DNA from: Eledone cirrhosa
Lineage: Eukaryota
DNA: 64,000 nt
Direction of reading: 5' to 3'
NCBI GenBank assembly: GCA_964016885.1
Contig: OZ024742.1
Location: 274,660,001-274,724,000, forward strand
Shown: positions 12,874-26,092 of the stretch, piece after piece
Layout of the letters: each line of letters opens with the position of its first letter
How positions within the stretch are numbered: the stretch's first letter is position 1
The notes under the pieces: generated by a model
Database searches by the model: none
What the model was told of the DNA's origin: nothing
The model's input: the letters and a program-made list of their open reading frames with translations, nothing else
Program-made: the position numbers and the translations under genes

Positions 12874-12915
12874 TAGCCAACAATGTTTCGTCCTATTAAG
12901 GACTCATCAGGGCAA
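12874..12915 (-). ncRNA. Minimal type I hammerhead ribozyme in the Penelope-like terminus
   Basis: Minus strand: ttgcc-CTGATGA-gtcc(ttaata)ggac-GAAA-cattg-TT-ggcta. Confidence 0.8.
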
Positions 12916-14714
12916 GTAAAACAACAAGAAGTTTTATCGGCCAATAAAAGCCGGAAACTCCGAAGAATATGGAGTGTACATACACTAAAGTATTGCAAGA
13001 TTATGGGTAAAAATATATAATAAAAATATATAATAAAAATTATTAAGGAGGTGTATAACATTAAGAACCATATTACAAATATAATCCAAAGCAAAAGAAC
13101 CCTAGAGCTAAACAAAGGTGGTTATATAGAGCAGGAATTATATATAATACAATGTAATATAATATAATATACCTTTACCAATATTAAAATTACAATAAAA
13201 ATCAAAAGGTACAATATACATATGTATATATGTACGCACACGTACGCACACATACACATACATCAATACACATATCCATCTTCAACTGCACAAATTAAAC
13301 CTTATTAAGAGTTTAAATATAAATAAGCATGATAGGAATAAAAATAATAATAATAATAATAACACATATACCCAATATACATGAGGTAATAATATGATAT
13401 TATAAGTAGCACATATAATATATAAGAAACTATACAATTATATACTATATAATATAATATAATAGAATAGATAATCTCCGGTTAATTTACACAAACAATA
13501 TAGATGTCACAATAATACTATAATAATAATATACTAACATTTATAATATACAATATATAATGGCATTCAAGTTAACTAATCAATTCATATAGAGTTACAG
13601 AGTAGGTGAGGAAAAATAAATTGTACAATACCCAAAAATTATGATGGTACAAAAATATAAACATCTTACATGGTATATAAAGTTTAACATATAATTAACG
13701 GTAAGTAATAAGGATCGATATTACAATAACAAATACAATATAATATAATATAAAATAATTAACATAATATAATATATAATAACTTATAATTACAACGTTG
13801 GTAAACAGACATGTATGTGGACTAGTAAGTAAGGGCCAGACAGTAAATATAATGCATTACAAATAAAATATAAAATATAAAATAAAATAAAATAAATAAA
13901 TAGAATCAACCGGAAATTAAAAAACAAAAACAAAAGTATACATTTAGGTCTCACATGCAGTTAAGTAAAAAGTAAGGAAGTAACCCCTGTAAATGACTCG
14001 AAAACCATATTTGATAAATTAATATTAAAAATATTTAAAATATCCAATAAGGCAGTATAATATTAGCTATAGTTTAAGTAATTAAAGTTTATAAACGTTA
14101 ATATTTCGTTACAAATATTTACAAAAAGGAATGAAATTTGTTACTATCATATACATAACGATATCTAAAATACTGACTTAAGTAGAATTATGGTAGGCTA
14201 ATAGGGACAGAAATGAAGAAATATATGGAGGATACAAAGGGGCATAAAATCATAGTCAATATACTATATTAAATAATAGAAAGGAGCGTAAAAGAGGGGG
14301 GGGATTAAATATAATCATAATCTATTTGGAGGGGTTGACAATAAGTTTATGTGCGCATGGGGGGGAGAAGGGGGGGGGGGGGGTAATCCAAAGAAGAATC
14401 CAAATAAAATAAAAAATAAAATAAAATAAAATAAAATAAAATGAAATAAAATAAAATAATGTAAAATATATAATCATATATATACTCATAAGGTGTTAAT
14501 AGTGAAAATTTAATGCGTAAGAAGATAGATATGGTATAGTAGCCAAAAGATTATGAGAGCTAGAATAAAGAGTCGTCAAAAACCAATGATAATAATGATG
14601 ATAATATTGGTGGTAAACAAAAGAACCTAAACTAAAAAATAACTAATGGAATATATCAGCTAATGGATACAATTTGTACTACTAGAACCTTTAGGTTTAT
14701 AATAAAAGTATGAA

Positions 14715-15490
14715 TTAGAAATAGCGTGGGGGTAAGAAGAGAATATCTGACTTCCTATTAAGTAAGGATTCGCTAGAGAAAATTATAGAGTGTGTCTCGA
14801 GGATACAGAGATTACAAAATTTAGTATGTGTAGAAAGGTTATTAGAGCGTGATACTAATCGCCAGTTAAGGCTATATGGTATATTAGCCCCCTTAAGATC
14901 CCAGATATAATGTGCTAAAGAAGTAGAATTCTTAGACTTAACATGTTTGAAATTAGAGATATGAGAGTTAAACCTAGTCTTAAAAGTGTTAGATATAGAG
15001 CCTATATAAGTTCTATTAGAGGAATTAGTTATAACTACGCAAGCATAGACAATGTTCTTAGAGAGGCAGTTACCGTTTAAAGGGCAGTTAGCACTCACTC
15101 TACAGTTGCACTTCCGGGTGTTATTGGTTGGCTCAAGTGGTGATGCATTACACGTAGGATTGCTATTAGATAAGGTCTGTTCTGGTGGTAATGCATTTCC
15201 AGATCTGTTCAGACTAGTAGTATGTAGAGAGGAGAATCCATCCCTAATTTTCCTATTGTTAGTGATAGCTAAATGAGAACTAATATTAGGGGTGGTAGAG
15301 AATGAAAGTTTAATAACATTTTTATTAAAAATACTATGGTATTTATGAGAAGGGGGGAAATTTTTCTCTAAGATAGAAAAGAAAGACCTAGGGATATTAG
15401 TTAATACTTCCTGATTATATGGCGGGTTAAAATAAGTATTTAATCGCCTTCTATTTTTATTCTTACCGACTCTACCATTATCAAATATCT
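14715..15490 (-). pseudogene. Penelope-like linker plus GIY-YIG endonuclease (RT missing)
   Basis: Frame reads upstream of the listed ORF: RRRLNTYFNPPYNQEVLTN...NFPPSHKYHSIFNKNVIKLSFSTTPN...CNCRVSANCPLNGNCLSKNIVY...TYIGS...FKTRFNSH...CNLCILE...LLNRKSD. Confidence 0.88.
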
Positions 15491-15493
15491 ACC

Positions 15494-15524
<31 letters not shown>

Positions 15525-15565
15525 CACGCACACAAATACACACACACGCACACACACACACACAC

Positions 15566-15596
<31 letters not shown>

Positions 15597-15599
15597 CGT

Positions 15600-15732
15600 A
15601 TATAACAAAGGAGGTGTGGTAAGGAACCAGATGGACCATAACGCTCCAGAGTACTCAATACTTAGGGTAGTAGAGTGGGTAATAGGAAAATGTTTAACCC
15701 CGACGGCAGAGCTCAAGCCGTTTCGACGGCTA
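15600..15732. repeat. Dispersed ~130 bp repeat, inverted homolog of 1782-1912 (probable Penelope-like terminus)
   Basis: taacaaaggaggtgtggtaaggaacc...gccgtttcgacggct matches the reverse complement of 1782-1912. Confidence 0.8.
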
Positions 15733-16000
15733 TATACACACATATACATACACCTAGATACACACATACATGCGCATTTACACATTCTCCGACACACGTC
15801 TGTGTATCGACATACACGTACATACAGATATACATACACACTTAAAACATATGTCCCTATAAACGTATAGATAAATACAGTAAAGGTGAGCACAAAAACA
15901 ATAAAAATGATGTAGAATGTGTTACGGTGAGTACAATAAGACATACATATGTGTATCTACTCGTGGGAGTACACAAATAAATACGAATATGATAATAATG

Positions 16001-16053
<53 letters not shown>

Positions 16054-16055
<2 letters not shown>

Positions 16056-16490
16056 TACAGACGGACAAAAAACTGGAAGACAATAGACCTGACCTGGTGG
16101 TTGTGGACAAAGAAAAAAGATCGTGTCTGATTGTGGATGTGGCCTGCCCGTTCGACACGTGAGTGCAAGAGAAGGAGAGGGGAAAATTACCCGATACCAG
16201 GACCTAAAGTGGGAGGTGAAAAGGATTTGGAACTGCCATGAAGTCAAAGTGATCCCGATTGTCATAGGCGCACTGGGGACTATCTCCAAAAGTTTCCAGG
16301 GATGGTTAAAGAAAATCGGCCCCTTCACGCTTTTTGGAACGCTTCAAAAGGCATGCTTGCTTGGAACAGCAAGAACCCTCCGATACGTCCTGAATATCTG
16401 AGGCTGCAGGTGGTGGCTTGATATTCAATCCAACGGACTTTCCAGTTAACCAACATCAATGACTGAGATTCAAGGAATAACAACAACAAC

Positions 16491-16552
<62 letters not shown>
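16054..16552 (+). mobile_element. 5'-truncated R4/Dong-like LINE, family A (copy A1), between (TAA)n tracts
   Basis: Near-identical to 20680-21105 (QTDKKLE.NRPDLVVVD...LRYVLNI plus 3'UTR). Confidence 0.93.
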
Positions 16553-16554
<2 letters not shown>

Positions 16555-19500
16555 GGGAAGAAGACGCACGAGGTGACGGAGGTCATGAAATCGCTCCCGT
16601 AAGTTTTGAATTTTTAACATATTTAAATCATTTGTGAAATAACAACTCTTAGTACAAATGCTACGTAAAGCACCCGGCTTGAGCCCCAAAAAATTCGGAC
16701 CCAAAATATATTGTTATAAGGCTCAAATATTCAAATATTCAACTTTGTATTGTACACTGTATATCCAAAAAAGAAAATGGCTATAAATGGAAGAAGAACC
16801 CCCCCCCCTCCTCTCCTCTGGCTACACTATATAGGACAGCTAAACTCACCAACACCAGAAACTAGATACACCACCCACCCCATCATCTGTGTACACTAAA
16901 CACAACAGCCAGATAACGACATTTTCACCTTCACCGCCACCGCTCACTACGGCCATCATTACCACCACTATCCCATCACCGCCGCCACCACCCCTTGACT
17001 CCTTCACTACTGCCACCGCTACAGCACCATCACTACAGTAATACGGTCACATCACCGCCACCACTGCCTCGGTATCGACATCACCACCACCACTGTCTCA
17101 GTATCGCTACCGCCGCCAGTCTCCCACTTCCCCCTGCTGGCTGCTACTTCCACATTATAGAATTCCTACTACTAACAAAGAGGAAGGCATCAAAATATAT
17201 AGATAGACTCAAAAGAAAAAAGAAAAAACAAACAACAAAACCAAAGCAGCACAGCAACAACAGCAAAAAACGAGAAAAACAAACAGAGAAAAACAAAAAC
17301 AAAAAAAGAAACCCCAAAAACGTAAAGAAAATAAGAATGAAGAGAGAAGCAGGCGGACGGACAGAGAAGAGGGGGGAAAAAGTAAAACTTAAAAAACAAA
17401 AACTAAGTCAGACATTCGAACACTACATTACAATGAAACTTATGCTTATCCATTTTTGGGGCCCTTTCTGCCTGTGTGTTTGCTTGTTTATGTGTGTTCG
17501 TATACAGCGTGGTGATAATGCCACACAAGGGCCAAGTGGGATGGCGGATCCACAGATGGCTATGTAAACATACATTCGCCAATCCTCGATAAGAGTGTTT
17601 AAATATCGAACATAAACAGTTCGAATAACGGTGAAATGGAGACTAGAACGTCATGTGACAGACTCTCACCCAACAGGTGCCCCCTGGCTCAGCAGCAGGA
17701 ACCTGACTGTCAACCAAATACTGCTGATGTTGGAGGAAGGAGAAGAAGGAAAGGGGCCAGAACCAACTGGACGAAAGAATTGAATAGAACTGTTATGCAA
17801 TGCTACCTGAAAAGTAACCCCAAGGAGAGGGGCTACAGGAGACGGATGCATAACATCTGGAACGAGATTGGTTTATTTAAATTAGATGAACAAAAATTGG
17901 CCGGGCAGGCTCGGGTAATAAGAACTAATGGGTGGATAAGCGAGCTGGAACTGGAGGAACTGAGCAGAGAGAATGGCTTGGAGATGGCGGGTGTAGTATG
18001 CCAGACAAGCGAGCCGGTGGGAAATGAAGGTGAGGAGGTCCTGAGAACGGAGGAACCACCCGAAGCAGACAATGATCTGAATACTGAGATAAATAATACC
18101 TGGAACAGAGATACGGCCACTGAGGAGATGAATGCTGACGGGCGAGGACAAGATTCGGTTGACATCCTAAATTTAGTGGTAGATGAATTGAACAATGATA
18201 GTGGGAGACATATGAACCTAAGATTTGTAGACAGGAAAAAGTTAAAAGAAACAACAGCTAAGGTAAACAAAGTCATACCATACCTTGAGGCGAGGAGCCT
18301 TCACCAGTGCAACAATATCCTCAGAGCAACAGCAAATACGGTGAGGAAACTACTTGGTATAAAAGCGAGAGGAAACAACAGACAAGAAAGAGCAGAGCCG
18401 TGGTGGAAGAAGCGACTGAGTGGGCAAATCGGGGAAATGAGAAATGACATAGGAAAGCTTGAGTCACTACTGAATGGGACACTAAAAAACATAGGCACTA
18501 AAAATAGACTGGAAATAAAATACAAAACTAGGAGTAAAAAGCTAAATATTATCATAGAGGAATTGAAGCAACGCATTGTAGCAAAGAGTGCAAAAATCAG
18601 GCGATACGAGAACAGAGTCAGTCAGTATAAACAGAACCGCATGTTCGACAACAACCAGAAGATGCTGCTTGGACAGCTTGAGGGCAAAGAGAGAGGCAAC
18701 GACTTGATCCCTGGGGCGGAACAAACTAAAACATTCTGGAGAGGAATATGGGAGCAGGATGTTAGACACAATGGCCAGGCAGGGTGGATTGAGACAGTAC
18801 AGAGGGAGATCGGTGAGCAGGCACAGCAACAGACTGATTTGAGTATCACAGTTGAAACTCTTAAGGGGCAAGCCAAAAAACTAACCAACTGGAAATCACC
18901 AGGCCCAGATGGTGTGCAGGGGTATTGGATTAAACATTTAACATCCCTCCACCCGAAGCTGACGGCCATGTTCAATGACTGCTTGGTGTCGGGTGAGGTG
19001 CCAGAGTGGTTGACAAAAGGTACCACAGTTCTGATAATGAAAGACCGAATCAAGGGTAATGATGCTACCAACTATAGACCTATCACATGTCTGCCCGTAA
19101 TGTGGAAACGGTTGACGGGCATTGTGTCTGAGGAAATCTACCATCACCTCCACACAAACAACTTGTTACTGGACGAACAGAAAGGATGCCGAAAGAAGTC
19201 ACGTGGTACAAAGGACCAGTTGCTTATTGATAAGATGGTAATGGGGAATTGCAGGAGGAGACACACTGATCTTGCCATGGGATGGATAGACTACAGAAAG
19301 GCATTTGACATGGTGCCTCATTCCTGGATCACCAAAAGCCTGGAGATCTTCAGGGTGGCAGATAACATCAGACAGTTGCTAGGCAGGAGTATGGGGTCCT
19401 GGGAGACAGAGTTGACATCAACTGGAGTATCCTTGGGAAGCGTGAAGATCAAGAGAGGTATCTTCCAGGGAGATAGCCTGTCCCCTCTGTTGTTTGTCCT

Positions 19501-21138
19501 TGCCCTGATGCCCTTGACCATTATGCTGCGAAAAGTGAGAGTAGGATACAAGTTGGGAAGGGGAGAGCTTACCATCAATCACCTCCTCTTCATGGACGAT
19601 CTTAAGCTCTTCGGGAAAAGTGAGAAGGAGTTGGATGTGCTTGTTGACACTGTCCGTATTTTCAGCAGTGATATATGTATGCAGTTTGGTATTGGTAAAT
19701 GTGGAGTCATTGTGATGAAGAGGGGTAGGTTGAGCAGAAGTAACGGGATCCAGATACCAACAGGTGAGATGATAAAGGAAATTGACTCTGAGGAAGGATA
19801 CAAGTATTTGGGCGTTCTGGAGGCTGATGGCATAAAGAACAAAAAAATGAAGGAATTGTTAAGAACTGAATACATTCGGAGAGTAAGGAGCGTATTGAAG
19901 TCACATCTGAACAGCAGAAATGCCATAAGCGCAGTAAATTCCCGTGCTGTGTCTATTATTAGGTACAGTGCGGGAATTCTGAGATGGAATGTTGCTGAAC
20001 AAAAAGAAATGGATAGGAAGACTAGGAAGCTATTGACTATCTACAACATGTTCCACAAGAGGAGTGATGTCGATAGACTCTACCTAAGGAGATCTGAGGG
20101 CGGAAGAGGTCTTATCAGCATAGAGGACTGTGTTCAGATGGAGAAAAACAACCTATACAAATACGTGACCTATAGTAAGGAGCCAATGCTCAGAACTGTA
20201 CTGAGGAGGGGACAGTAGGCCAGGGGATGTCCAGGGAGGAAATAACATCAAGGAGGAATAGCAGCCTTAAGGGAAAATCCCTTCATAGTACCTTCTTTGA
20301 GAAAACTGAATTTAGAGATCCACAGACATGGAACTGGTTGAGAAGAGGAGACCTCAAAAAGGCTACAGAAGGAATGCTAATGGCTGCGCAGGAGCAGGCC
20401 CTCAAAACGAAGTGGTTGAAGCACCATATCTACAAGGAGGAGGCTAGCCCACTGTGCAGGATCTGTGGAGAGAGAGAGGAGACTGTGGCTCACATTGTGT
20501 CCGAGTGTAAACACCTAGCCCAGACCCACTATAAGGGCTGGAGACACGATGTGATGGGCAGGGTGATCCACTGGCACCTGTGCAAAGTAAACAATCTACC
20601 ACATTCTGAGAAATGGTATGAGCATAGGCCAGAGGCGGTGATGGAGAACAATCAGGTGAAGGTGCTGTGGGATTTTAGGATACAGACGGACAAAAAACTG
20701 GAACACAATAGACCTGACCTGGTGGTTGTGGACAAAGAAAAAAGATCGTGCCTGATTGTGGATGTGGCCTGCCCGTTCGACACGAGAGTGCAAGAGAAGG
20801 AGAGGGAGAAAATTAACCGATACCAGGACCTAAAGTGGGAGGTGAAAAGGATTTGGAACTGCCATGAAGTCAAAGTGATCCCGATTGTCATAGGCGCACT
20901 GGGGACTATCTCCAAAAGTTTCCAGGGATGGTTAAAGAAAATCGGCCCCTTCACGCTTTTTGGAACGCTTCAAAAGGCATGCTTGCTTGGAACAGCAAGA
21001 ACCCTCCGATACGTCCTGAATATCTGAGGCTGCAGGTAGTGGCTTGATATTCAATCCAACGGACTTTCCAGTTAACCAACATCAATGACTGAGATTCAAG
21101 GAATAACAATAACAATAATAATAATAATAATAATAATA
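16553..21138 (+). mobile_element. Near-intact R4/Dong-like LINE, family A (copy A2), including a ~1 kb putative 5' leader
   Basis: Single long RT + CCHC + PD-(D/E)xK ORF; (TAA)n at both ends; 5' boundary uncertain (16553 vs ~17515). Confidence 0.88.
17636..21027 (+). pseudogene. Family A polyprotein (RT, CCHC, restriction-like endonuclease), one 1-nt deletion near 20205
   Basis: WKSPGPDG, YRPITCL, WIDYRKAFD, GIFQGDSLSP, HLLFMDDLKL, YKYLG; CRICG..EETVAHIVSEC; RPDLVVVD...VDVACP...K..RYQDL. ctgaggagggg here vs ctgaaggagggg in copy A3. Confidence 0.93.
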
Positions 21139-21145
21139 AGGGGAA

Positions 21146-21980
21146 TAGGGAAGAAGACGCACGAGGTGACGGAAGGTCATGAAATCGCTCCCGTAAGTTT
21201 TGAATTTTTAACATATTTAAATCATTTGTGAAATAACAACTCTTAGTACAAATGCTACGTAAAGCATCCGGCTTGAGCCCCAAAAAATTCGGACCCAAAA
21301 TATATTGTTATAAGGCTCAAATATTCAAATATTCAACTTTGTATTGTACATTGTATATTCAAAAAAGAAAATGGCTATAAATGAAAGAAGAAACCCCCCT
21401 CCTCTGTCTACGCTATATAGAACAGCCAAACAACACAAGAAACTAGATACAACACCTACCCCATCACCTCTCTGTGTACACTAAACACAACAGCCAGATA
21501 ACGGCAATTTCACCACCACCACTCACTACTGCCATCATTACCACCACTATCCCATCACCACCGCTACCACTCCTTCATTGTTACCACCGCTACAACACCA
21601 TCACTACAGTAATACGATCACGTCACCACCACCACTGCCTCGGTATCGACATCACCACCACCACTGTCTCAGTATCGATACCGCCGCTACTGTCTCCCAC
21701 ATCTCCCCGCCGCCACCACTCCTTCAATGCTACCACCACTATTCCCTGTTAACTTGAGAGAGAAAGGGGAAGGTGGCGGTATCACTAGACAAGGGAGAGG
21801 CTAGCAAAAGATATAAATAGATTGACTTAGTGACCTGGCCAAGGCCAAACGACAATATCAACAAATATGGGACTGCTGGCTCACCCCTTCCTCACCAACA
21901 ATATAAAAAGCCCCGGCACCACCACCGACATAGCCGACAACAATAACAGCCAACTACAACAAAAAGTATATTATATTATT
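21146..21980 (+). repeat. Second copy of the leader found at 16553-17200, with no element body following
   Basis: agggaagaagacgcacgaggtgacgg... near-identical for ~240 bp, then more diverged CAC/CCA-rich sequence. Confidence 0.8.
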
Positions 21981-22117
21981 GTAATGCACTGGGTGATTGC
22001 TGGCCTTGTGCCTGGAATGGAGACAATTATTAATAATTTCATTCTTAAGCCACGCAATGCTCACATTAAGGAACCACTCATGATAATAACAATTTAAAAA
22101 AAAAAAAAAAAAGAAAA

Positions 22118-25100
22118 CCCCGTGACCAAGAAATACCGGGATGGCGGCCGGCGGGGAATAGCCGTGTCTCTAGGGGAGAACGACCCCTCTAGTCTTGGTT
22201 GACACTCGTTCTAGAAGTGGTAACACGAAATGGTTACCCCTTGGCGGATAAGGATAAAACGCGAAAAAATAACGTAAATGTCTAATGATAAAATCTCATA
22301 CCGGATCGGCCGTCACCCGGGTAAAAAAGGGCCGCGTCCCTCAGAGAGGAACCAGACGGGGGTCGAAAAATCAGCTAATGGTTCAAACCTTCCCATCACT
22401 TCGGAGCTGGAGACCTCCCATAACCGGAATACTCCTACTGTTGGCCCTCCATGCTCACCACCAAGAAATCCAAAGAAAAAGAGAGAAAAATGGTCAAGGG
22501 AAGATAATAAAGAGGTCCTTGAAGCTTTCTACACTGCCATGTACTACCAATCAAATACATCGAATACAGAACAGATATATATCAACTGGAAAAAGAAACA
22601 TCCCGAAAACAGAGGCTATATTGACAGTAACAAACTAGCCAATATACGAAGAAATATTGTAAGAAAAAAGTTACTAACTGATATAGAAATTGATCAGATC
22701 AAGCTATTAGCACAAAGTCAGTGAAGGGAAAATGGAACATGTGTCAGTGAAAACGAGGTAAATTGTAATACTTCGAATCCCAGGGTTGGGGCGGAATCAC
22801 TGGCAACAGAACAAATTAAAGAAAGGATCGAAAAAGTGGAGGGAGTGCATGCTCAGGATGAAACTCCAAATGAAAACAATGAGATCGTAAATGATAAAGA
22901 AATGAATGAGAATGAACTTGCCAACTTGAAGGATGAAATTATGATCGAATGGATGAAAATGAAAGAATATGACATGGGGCAACGAGACACCCTCCCTAAG
23001 ATCCAGAACTCCAAACAGAACCAAAAGATAATACACAAGACTAACATAATTCTCAAAAACATTATCATCACAAACAAACTAAACATTACTGATTTAAATC
23101 ATCTCTATTATGCATCGGCTAAAGTCACCACTCACTTATGTGGAGTGAAGATGAAAAAACAAAGGAATTCCCACAAGAAATCTACTTGGCAAGAGAACAT
23201 CAATCGCCAAATAAACCTTCTCCGATCTGACATAGAAATTTTAACAAACTATAAAGTAGGTGAACATGTTAAACAAACTAAACTTAGAAAATTGAAAAAA
23301 AAGTACAGTATAAAATCAACATGTGACATAGACATGCTGATAGAAATAATCAAGCAAAAAGTGTCGGCCAAAGCTGCTCGTATAAGGCGCTTTGAAAAAC
23401 GATCTAGATTCTATAAGGACAATAATATGTTCAAAAACAACCAAAGAAACTTCTACAGAAAAATTGGTAAGTCAACAATAACTGCTAAATCAATACCACC
23501 CAAGGAGGAAGTGCAAGAATTCTGGGAAAAGATCTGGGCCGAAGAAAAAGTTCATAACATACATGCCCCATGGATAGACAGACAAATGAAAGATACAGCT
23601 CACCTTGAGGAACAAACATGGGAAAATATAACAGTTGAAAGGTTGCGCTTATCTCTAAGAAAAACCAGCAAATGGAAATCCCCAGGAAAAGACAAAATAC
23701 AAAACATTTGGATAAATGCCTTCACAGAGTCTCATGAGCTGTTAGCCCAACTTTACAATGAAATAGTTAAGGAGCCAGAAAAGATACCTTCATGGCTAGT
23801 TAACGGCATTACATTCCTGCTTCCGAAGAATGATGAGACAAACAATCCCAAAAATTACAGACCGATAACTTGCTTGACCACAATGTATAAAATTTTAACA
23901 TCAGTCCTAACTGAAAACACATATGACCACCTGATAGCAAATGACCTATTTCCCATTGAGCAGAAAGGGTGTAAACGAGGCTCATATGGCTGTAAGGATC
24001 AGCTTCTGGTTAACAAAATGATACTGGAAGATTGTCATAATAGACACAAAAATCTATCTATTGCTTGGATAGATTATAAAAAAGCATTTGATAGTTTGCC
24101 ACACAGTTGGATTGAAAAATGTTTAGAGATTTTCAAAGTATCCCCCGTTGTCAGGAGGTTTTTGTCATTCAGTATGAAGACATGGAAAACGACACTCCTT
24201 TTGAATAGTGAAACAAAATCAGTGGAAGCTGGAGAAGTTAATATTAATTGTGGAATTTTTCAGGGTGACACTTTATCACCGCTTTTATTCTGAATCGCAC
24301 TTATACCATTAAGTAAAATGCTCAATGAAACAAAACATGAATATAAAGTCTATGACAAAACCATTAATCACCTGTTCTACATGGATGACCTGAAACTATT
24401 TGCAAAAAATGATGAACAATTGCAAGGGCTATTATCCACTGTGAAGCAGTTCAGTGATGACATTAAAATGGAGTTTGGACTAGATAAATGCGCCAAAGCA
24501 ACGTTCACCAGAGGAAAGCTGCTGAAGAGTTCAGACATTAATCTTGATCGGGGGAACGTGATAAGAGAACTTGATCAAGAAAAAACTTACAAATATCTAG
24601 GTGTTTGTGAAGGAGACGGAATCAAGCACTCGACAATGAGGGAAAGGATATGGAAGGAATGTTACCGCAGAGTAAGAGCAATCTTAAGAACGGAATTGAA
24701 TGCAAGGAATAGGATCGATGCCATAAATACGCTTGCCTTACCAGTAGTAACCTACAGTTACAATGTCATCAACTGGTCAAGCACAGAGATCCGTAGGCTC
24801 GATACAAAAATTCGAAAATTCTTAACCATGCACAGAATGCATCACCCTAAGGCAGATATATATATAGAATATATCTCCCTAGGAAAGAAGGAGGACGTGG
24901 GTTAATCCAGTTAGACATTGCGTTGAAAACTGCAACAATTGGATTATCTACATATCTAAGGGAATCACATGATTGGATGATCAAACTCGTTTTGAAACAC
25001 GAAACCATCAAAAGATCATATTCCATTACAAAAGATGCACAAAGATACAGTAATGGACTACAAATTTCAGAAGTCCCATTTACTGCTGAAATGGAAAACA

Positions 25101-26047
25101 CAGAAAAAGCAGAGCAGCTAAAAGTAACTGCAAAGAAAGAACTGCTACAGAAACTGGCTAAGAAATGGCAAGAAAAGACTCTGTATGGAAAATACCCCGA
25201 GCGAGCTAACAATCCTGATGTTGACAAAACTTTAACCCATCAGTGGTTGGCATCCTCTGGACTGAAATCGGAGACTGAAGGACTGATTATATCCGCACAA
25301 GATCAGTGTCTGCCAACAAAAAATTACCAAGCCAACATAATAAAAAATGGGTGCAGCCCATTATGCCGTGTATGCAAAAAACAACCAGAGACCATTGACC
25401 ATATAATTTCAATGTGCAGTCCTATAGCTCCAACCGAATACCTAAACAGGCACGACAGAGCTGCCCAATACATACATTGGATAATGTGTAAGCATTTTGA
25501 CATGCCCCATCAAAAGACTTGGTGGGAGCATCAACCACCTCCCATACTTGAAAAGGATCACATCTCAATCTTGTGGAACTTTAGCATCCAAACAGACCGA
25601 AAAATAGATGCAAACAGACCTGATATAATATTGAAAGACTTTCAAAAGAGGGTATGCCTGCTAATTGATATGTCTGTTCCAATAGACAAGAATGTATCTA
25701 TATAAGGACCTGGAGATAGAAATTGGAAAAATGTGGAACTTGAGAACTAAAACAATACCAGTGGTTGTAGGCGCTCTGGGAATGATACCTAAGGGGTCTA
25801 ATGATTACATATCGCAAATCCCAGGAAACCCGCGTACAGGAGAAATACAAAAGATAGTATTAATGGGAACTGCCCATAGACTAAGGAAGATTCTGTCAAT
25901 ATAAGTACATCACAAGTCTAAACACTAAAGATGCATGTGTGAATATGTATGTTCTTTCTTGAACATGGCGGACCTTGTTGTCTCTTGAGGTCACTGCTTG
26001 TGGCTTGGTGATAACTCGTATGAACATAAAGCAAGATAAATGCAACT

Positions 26048-26090
<43 letters not shown>
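22118..26090 (+). mobile_element. Full-length but disrupted R4/Dong-like LINE, family B (copy B2)
   Basis: ORF pieces 22278-25904 (KWSREDN, WKSPGKD, YRPITCL, QGDTLSP, FYMDDLKL, CRVC, RPDIIL); breaks near 22722, 24291, 24860, 25700; (TAA)n tail. Confidence 0.93.

Positions 26091-26092
<2 letters not shown>

Larger units (their letters stand above)
12721..15497 (-). mobile_element. 5'-truncated Penelope-like element: GIY-YIG region, ~2 kb AT-rich 3' region, hammerhead-bearing terminus; flanked by (TA)n
   Basis: Endonuclease reading frame plus hammerhead at 12874-12915. Confidence 0.88.

Noticed and set aside
17570-17640. HDV-like ribozyme at the start of family A (tcctcg loop, tcgaac/gttcga hairpin)
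   Set aside because: No P3 or P1 pairing and no catalytic C in a J4/2 position
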